From a virus (taxonomy: Duplodnaviria; Caudoviricetes), in the IMG/VR virus record IMGVR_UViG_3300033402_000046, positions 1 to 29,942 of that record: a stretch of DNA of 29,942 bases. One strand, written 5' to 3'. A program made the translations under genes and the position numbers. The notes beneath the pieces are model-generated. The model had not been told where the DNA came from. It did no database searches and was given only the letters and a program-made list of their open reading frames with translations. Shown piece by piece: positions 25,986-29,942 of the stretch (position 1 is its first letter; each line of letters begins with the position of its first letter).

Positions 25986-28763
25986 ATGTTTGGTCAGTGG
26001 AGACTACGCAAAATGAGAAAAGAAAAATCTGACTTAACTCGTATCCGAAAGAAACTATCAGAACGCAGGGTTAATGGTGAATGCCGAATCGCGAGAAGGC
26101 GCGACGAGTTTTTCCGTATCAGGCGGTTCCGCAGAGTCTATGACAGGAATGCGGGCAAGTTCGCGTTTAACATTAGTTACGAGACGCATACTAAGCTGAC
26201 TCCGAGGAGCCTTGTTGTGGCTGAAGCGTTTGGCTTAGGCATTGACGAGGCACAGAAGTTTAAGGTTCTTGATGCCGAACTCAAAATCGGATCTCGAGAT
26301 ATTGTTTATATCACTGGTGATTCCCTCACAGGACAGTCAAGTATGTACTGGAAAAAAGATGGGCATCTAAAGTATGGAAATATGAAGGATTTATACGAGG
26401 ATTTTTACGCAAATCAAGCAAAATCCTCGTTTGAAATTCTGAGCTCCATCGACAAAAAGATAAAGGGATCAAGAATTTCATGGCAAAAAGTGTCAGATGT
26501 CAAACGCCAGGGTATAAAAGCAGTGTACGAGATTACGGTTTCCAGTGCTAAGAGTGTTGAGGTTACTAAAGATCACTCGCTCTTCTATTCCGAAGGATAT
26601 CAATTTTATCCTATAGACCTTTCAAGATTAAACACCGATAAAAGACTGGTTTGTTCTGCAAAACTCGACTTTTTTGAAGGGGAAGAAAAAAACGTAGAAG
26701 ATTACTTACTTGTACTTGGCGGGCTATGGATTGCTGATGGATCTTATTACAAGACAAGTATTCAAATTTCAACCGGAAATAATGAAAGCATATTATCGTT
26801 TCTTCAGGCTATACCAAGGTTTGTCACAAAAACAGAACGAATAGCGAGATTTATCATGTCTAATCCTACGCTTGGCAACAAGGAGGTAAGTAGGAAAATT
26901 GGTGAGAGCCTACTTGATGTTCGAAATGCACGCCATTTGTTGCCACGTTATGCTATTAGATCAAACAGAATCCATATTTCCATCAAGAAAAGCGGAGATG
27001 CCAGCGTTTTTAACAAGGGTCTTAAAGAGAAACTAGTTGAGCTAGGTTTTCAAGGAAACTGTTACACAAAAAGAGTCCCAAGTTGGCTATTTACTGCAAG
27101 TAAAAGACAAATTGGCCTATTTTTGAAAGGATACTTTTCGGGAGACGGAAGTTTTCATACAAAGGGAAAAGATCGAGTCATTGTAGAGGCTGCATCAGTT
27201 AATGGAAACCTCTTGAAGGATATTCAAACTCTTTTGGAAAGAATCGGTATTCAAGGTTGTATTAACACCGGAATGCACAAACAGAAAACCGGCTTCACAA
27301 CTGCACACCGTAAAATTAAGATTGCAATTGAGCGAAGGACGTGTATTGAAAAATTTCTAGCAGATATTGGATTCATTTATCCAATAAAGAAAGAGCTAAT
27401 TTTTATCCTTAAAAAAGAAAAGTCCGTAACTTTAAACCAATTAATGACACGAACGGTTAAAGAAATTAAATACATCGGTGACAAAGAAGTCTTTGATATT
27501 TGTGTTCCTAACTCTCAATGTTTCATCGCAAACGGAATACTATGCCACAATAGTGGTAGCGGAAAGAGCGTTTTGCTACGAGCAATTAAGGCAGATTTGG
27601 GTGACGAAGCCATCGACTTGTCAGAGGTTGCAGTAGACCCGGATAAGCCTTTAATTGAAACGGTCGGCGACACAGTTGAAGAAGGCTTAGAGTTGCTAAG
27701 TAAGGTTGGTTTGAACGATGCTTTTCTTTTCCTACGTACATACAGCCAACTAAGCGACGGTCAGAAGTACCGTTACAGAATCGCCAAGCTGATCGAGAGT
27801 GGGAAGCAGTGGTGGCTGATGGACGAGTTCGCTGCATGCTTAGATAGGGATACAGCTAAGATTATTGCGTTTAACTTGCAGAAAATCGCGCGTCAACAGG
27901 GCAAAGCCGTAATGGCAGCTACTACACATGGAGACTTGTTTGAGGACTTAAATCCCAGTGTGCTTGTTCATAAGCGGTTTGGGGAAGAAATCCAAATCAA
28001 CTATTATCCAAACAGACTAGCCTCTGAGTGTAGCCTAATTCGTGAGATGAAGGTTGAAGAGGGAAACAAGGAAGATTGGCATAGACTTAGCGGTTTCCAT
28101 TATCGAGGGCACAATGTTGCAGTTCCCCGAAAAATCTTCCGACTATTAAGAAATGGAGAGCTCTGTGGCGTTATAGTTTATAGTTATCCTCCGCCAAGCT
28201 GCTATGGAAGACGTCTAGTGCTTCCACGCATGACAATCCGAGAAATAAACAAACAACTAAGCATTATTAGCCGAGTCGTTATCCATCCAAAATACCGAAC
28301 AGTCGGCTTAGGCGCCAAACTAATCCATGAAACCCTTCCTCTAGTAGGCACGCCTTATATTGAGATGATTGCAGTCATGGCGAAATATAACCCGTTTGCA
28401 GAAAAGGCAGGAATGCAAAAAATAGCTGAACAACAAAAGGTTGAAAGCGTTTCGGAGGTCTCTACAGTGCTCTTAGAGTTGGGTTTTGACTCGCAACTCT
28501 TAGGCAGTGAACGCTATGTCAAGGGAAGACTAGAGAGCTTGAGCTCGGAACAAATAGATGAGCTTAAAGCTGCATTCATAAGGAATAAACATCCGCGGTT
28601 CAAGAAGGAGTTTGCCATAAGTCGACATCAACCATTTGGCAAAACATCGGACTACGTTGCCTGCATTAAGAGTGCGGATCATGTGAAAATGGCAAAGCTA
28701 GTCAAGCTTGCTGGAATGCTTCTTCAAACTAAAGTTTATCTGTTTTGGCAGGCTCAAAATTAA
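25986..28763 (+). CDS. ABC-type ATPase fused to GNAT-like acetyltransferase, intein-containing
   Basis: Walker A GD[intein]SGSGKS, signature LSDGQKYR, Walker B WLMDEF, ATTH; GNAT ISRVVIHPKYRTVGLGAKLI. Confidence 0.88.
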   Translation: MFGQWRLRKMRKEKSDLTRIRKKLSERRVNGECRIARRRDEFFRIRRFRRVYDRNAGKFAFNISYETHTKLTPRSLVVAEAFGLGIDEAQKFKVLDAELKIGSRDIVYITGDSLTGQSSMYWKKDGHLKYGNMKDLYEDFYANQAKSSFEILSSIDKKIKGSRISWQKVSDVKRQGIKAVYEITVSSAKSVEVTKDHSLFYSEGYQFYPIDLSRLNTDKRLVCSAKLDFFEGEEKNVEDYLLVLGGLWIADGSYYKTSIQISTGNNESILSFLQAIPRFVTKTERIARFIMSNPTLGNKEVSRKIGESLLDVRNARHLLPRYAIRSNRIHISIKKSGDASVFNKGLKEKLVELGFQGNCYTKRVPSWLFTASKRQIGLFLKGYFSGDGSFHTKGKDRVIVEAASVNGNLLKDIQTLLERIGIQGCINTGMHKQKTGFTTAHRKIKIAIERRTCIEKFLADIGFIYPIKKELIFILKKEKSVTLNQLMTRTVKEIKYIGDKEVFDICVPNSQCFIANGILCHNSGSGKSVLLRAIKADLGDEAIDLSEVAVDPDKPLIETVGDTVEEGLELLSKVGLNDAFLFLRTYSQLSDGQKYRYRIAKLIESGKQWWLMDEFAACLDRDTAKIIAFNLQKIARQQGKAVMAATTHGDLFEDLNPSVLVHKRFGEEIQINYYPNRLASECSLIREMKVEEGNKEDWHRLSGFHYRGHNVAVPRKIFRLLRNGELCGVIVYSYPPPSCYGRRLVLPRMTIREINKQLSIISRVVIHPKYRTVGLGAKLIHETLPLVGTPYIEMIAVMAKYNPFAEKAGMQKIAEQQKVESVSEVSTVLLELGFDSQLLGSERYVKGRLESLSSEQIDELKAAFIRNKHPRFKKEFAISRHQPFGKTSDYVACIKSADHVKMAKLVKLAGMLLQTKVYLFWQAQN
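26322..27551 (+). mobile_element. Intein (410 aa) with LAGLIDADG homing endonuclease
   Basis: Starts SLTGQS, block B VTKDHSL, LGGLWIADGS and FLKGYFSGDGS, ends VFDICV...FIANGILCHN followed by Ser. Confidence 0.95.
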
Positions 28764-28909
28764 ACAACCGCCTAATTTTAGAAAACTAAGCTGAAAGGAC
28801 GATTCTTTTCAGATCCATTTGTTTTGTCCGTCTAAGGTATTCCGCATGAGTTTATTGGTGTTTTTTTGCACACGCTTTTGAGGCGTTGATGGATGCATTT
28901 TAGGGAATA

Positions 28910-29221
28910 TTACCTGCAATATTTTGCTGCTTTCTCGATGTAATCTTTGACTTCTTGAAGCAGTGCCGGCGAATAAATTTGAAGACGAATCTTCGCTTTT
29001 TGCCTACCTTTGAATTTTATTGTGAGCGTTTCGTCTTTTATTTCGGCTTTCTTAAAATCGTGTAAAAGGTACATTTCAGGCTCTTGTCTCTCAACGATGT
29101 TTAAGCGTGGGTTAAGTGTCTCTTGTTGGATGATGAGTCGATGAGTGGTTAACCAGCCTACGCCATTTGCAAGTTTGTAAGATAGAATCTCCTTTTCTCC
29201 AGAGAAGCCGTCAAGGTTCAT
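28910..29221 (-). CDS. Small protein, PH-like fold candidate
   Basis: GEKEIL...GWLTTHRLII...C-terminal helix. Confidence 0.55.
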   Translation of the reverse strand: MNLDGFSGEKEILSYKLANGVGWLTTHRLIIQQETLNPRLNIVERQEPEMYLLHDFKKAEIKDETLTIKFKGRQKAKIRLQIYSPALLQEVKDYIEKAAKYCR

Positions 29222-29513
29222 AAGCTCTCACTGGACTAAGTTCTATATTGAATTTTCTTCCCGACTTCAGCAAAAAGTTTGCTTATTTGTGAAGTTTATT
29301 GAAGACCGCACATTCTACGCATTGTTTTGTTGTGCATAACTCCTCTGTAAATGGGCAGCTATGAAATATTTTTTGGATAATCGTTCAACGCCTTATTCTC
29401 TACTGACTCAAAATCTAGCTTAGCATCGCTTAGAAACGTTCGAATTTCATCTGTGGTTGTTTGGATTGCCATTTTATATTATTCAATGAAACCTTTTTCA
29501 AAAGAAGCTTTGC

Positions 29514-29591
29514 GGGCCCGTGGCTCAGTCAGGCTAGAGCGGCGGACTCTTAAACCGTAGGTCGCGGGTTCAATTCCCGTCGGGCTTGCCA
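29514..29591 (+). tRNA. tRNA-Lys(CTT), intronless, CCA encoded
   Basis: Cloverleaf: acceptor GGGCCCG/CGGGCTT, D arm GCTC/GAGC, anticodon CTT at 29549-29551, T arm GCGGG-TTCAATT-CCCGT. Confidence 0.88.
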
Positions 29592-29611
29592 GTTTTGTGC
29601 TGACTGCTCGA

Positions 29612-29942
29612 TTAATGCAGTGCCAAACTTGCTGTCAAAACAATGAGTACAAAAAGCGTTATCAACACGTAATTGCGGTTTTTTTCCCACGCAAAGTAGA
29701 CGACGGAAGAAATTGCTCGGATGTAGGGGGTCAAAATCAGTATTATTAGCCCCAGCGTCATAAACGTGATGGCGTTCTGCGACACGAATAGGTGTTGAAT
29801 CTGGTCAAAAATGAAGGCGAAAAAGTTCTGTCCGCTAATAAACACAGTTTTACTTTGGGAAATCTGCACGTTACCGTATGTTCGGTAAAAGAGGCTTATT
29901 CCAATAATTTCCAGCAGTACGCTGATGACGACGCCTATTATT
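29612..29942 (-). CDS. DUF1634-like membrane protein (5' end outside the window), host
   Basis: LGLIILILTPYIRAISSVVYFAWEKNRNYVLITLFVL; frame stays open to the window edge. Confidence 0.7.
   Translation of the reverse strand, partial: IIGVVISVLLEIIGISLFYRTYGNVQISQSKTVFISGQNFFAFIFDQIQHLFVSQNAITFMTLGLIILILTPYIRAISSVVYFAWEKNRNYVLITLFVLIVLTASLALH

Larger units (their letters stand above)
1233..28763 (+). mobile_element. Archaeal head-tail (Caudoviricetes, siphovirus-like) provirus or provirus-derived element; boundaries approximate
   Basis: Co-oriented terminase-portal-protease-MCP-neck-tail gene order; flanked by opposite-strand host-like genes; no att repeats found. Confidence 0.9.

Overview
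The window holds an archaeal (GGTGA/GGAGG ribosome-binding sites, BHB motifs; Bathyarchaeia is my unverified guess) tailed-virus element spanning about 1.2-28.8 kb, almost all on the + strand, between host-like genes and a tRNA-Lys(CTT). Gene order: small AbrB/RHH/wHTH regulators, terminase, portal, prohead protease/scaffold, decoration protein, HK97-type major capsid protein (MCP), accessory structural genes, neck, two tail-tube paralogs, tail chaperone, tape measure, Dit, hub/fibre with a C-terminal chaperone, and an intein-containing ATPase-GNAT fusion. I found no integrase or replication genes. Main discovery: the MCP gene looks broken in the ORF track but is interrupted by three short introns (9778-9805, 10368-10394, 10481-10586). 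Each folds into a bulge-helix-bulge (BHB) motif, the substrate of archaeal tRNA-splicing endonuclease. Cutting at the canonical bulge positions restores one 303-aa reading frame. Also found: two U-UUU-UUA -1 frameshift candidates, two intergenic pseudoknotted RNA candidates and paired palindromic operators. All structures were paired by eye; no searches or folding programs were run.
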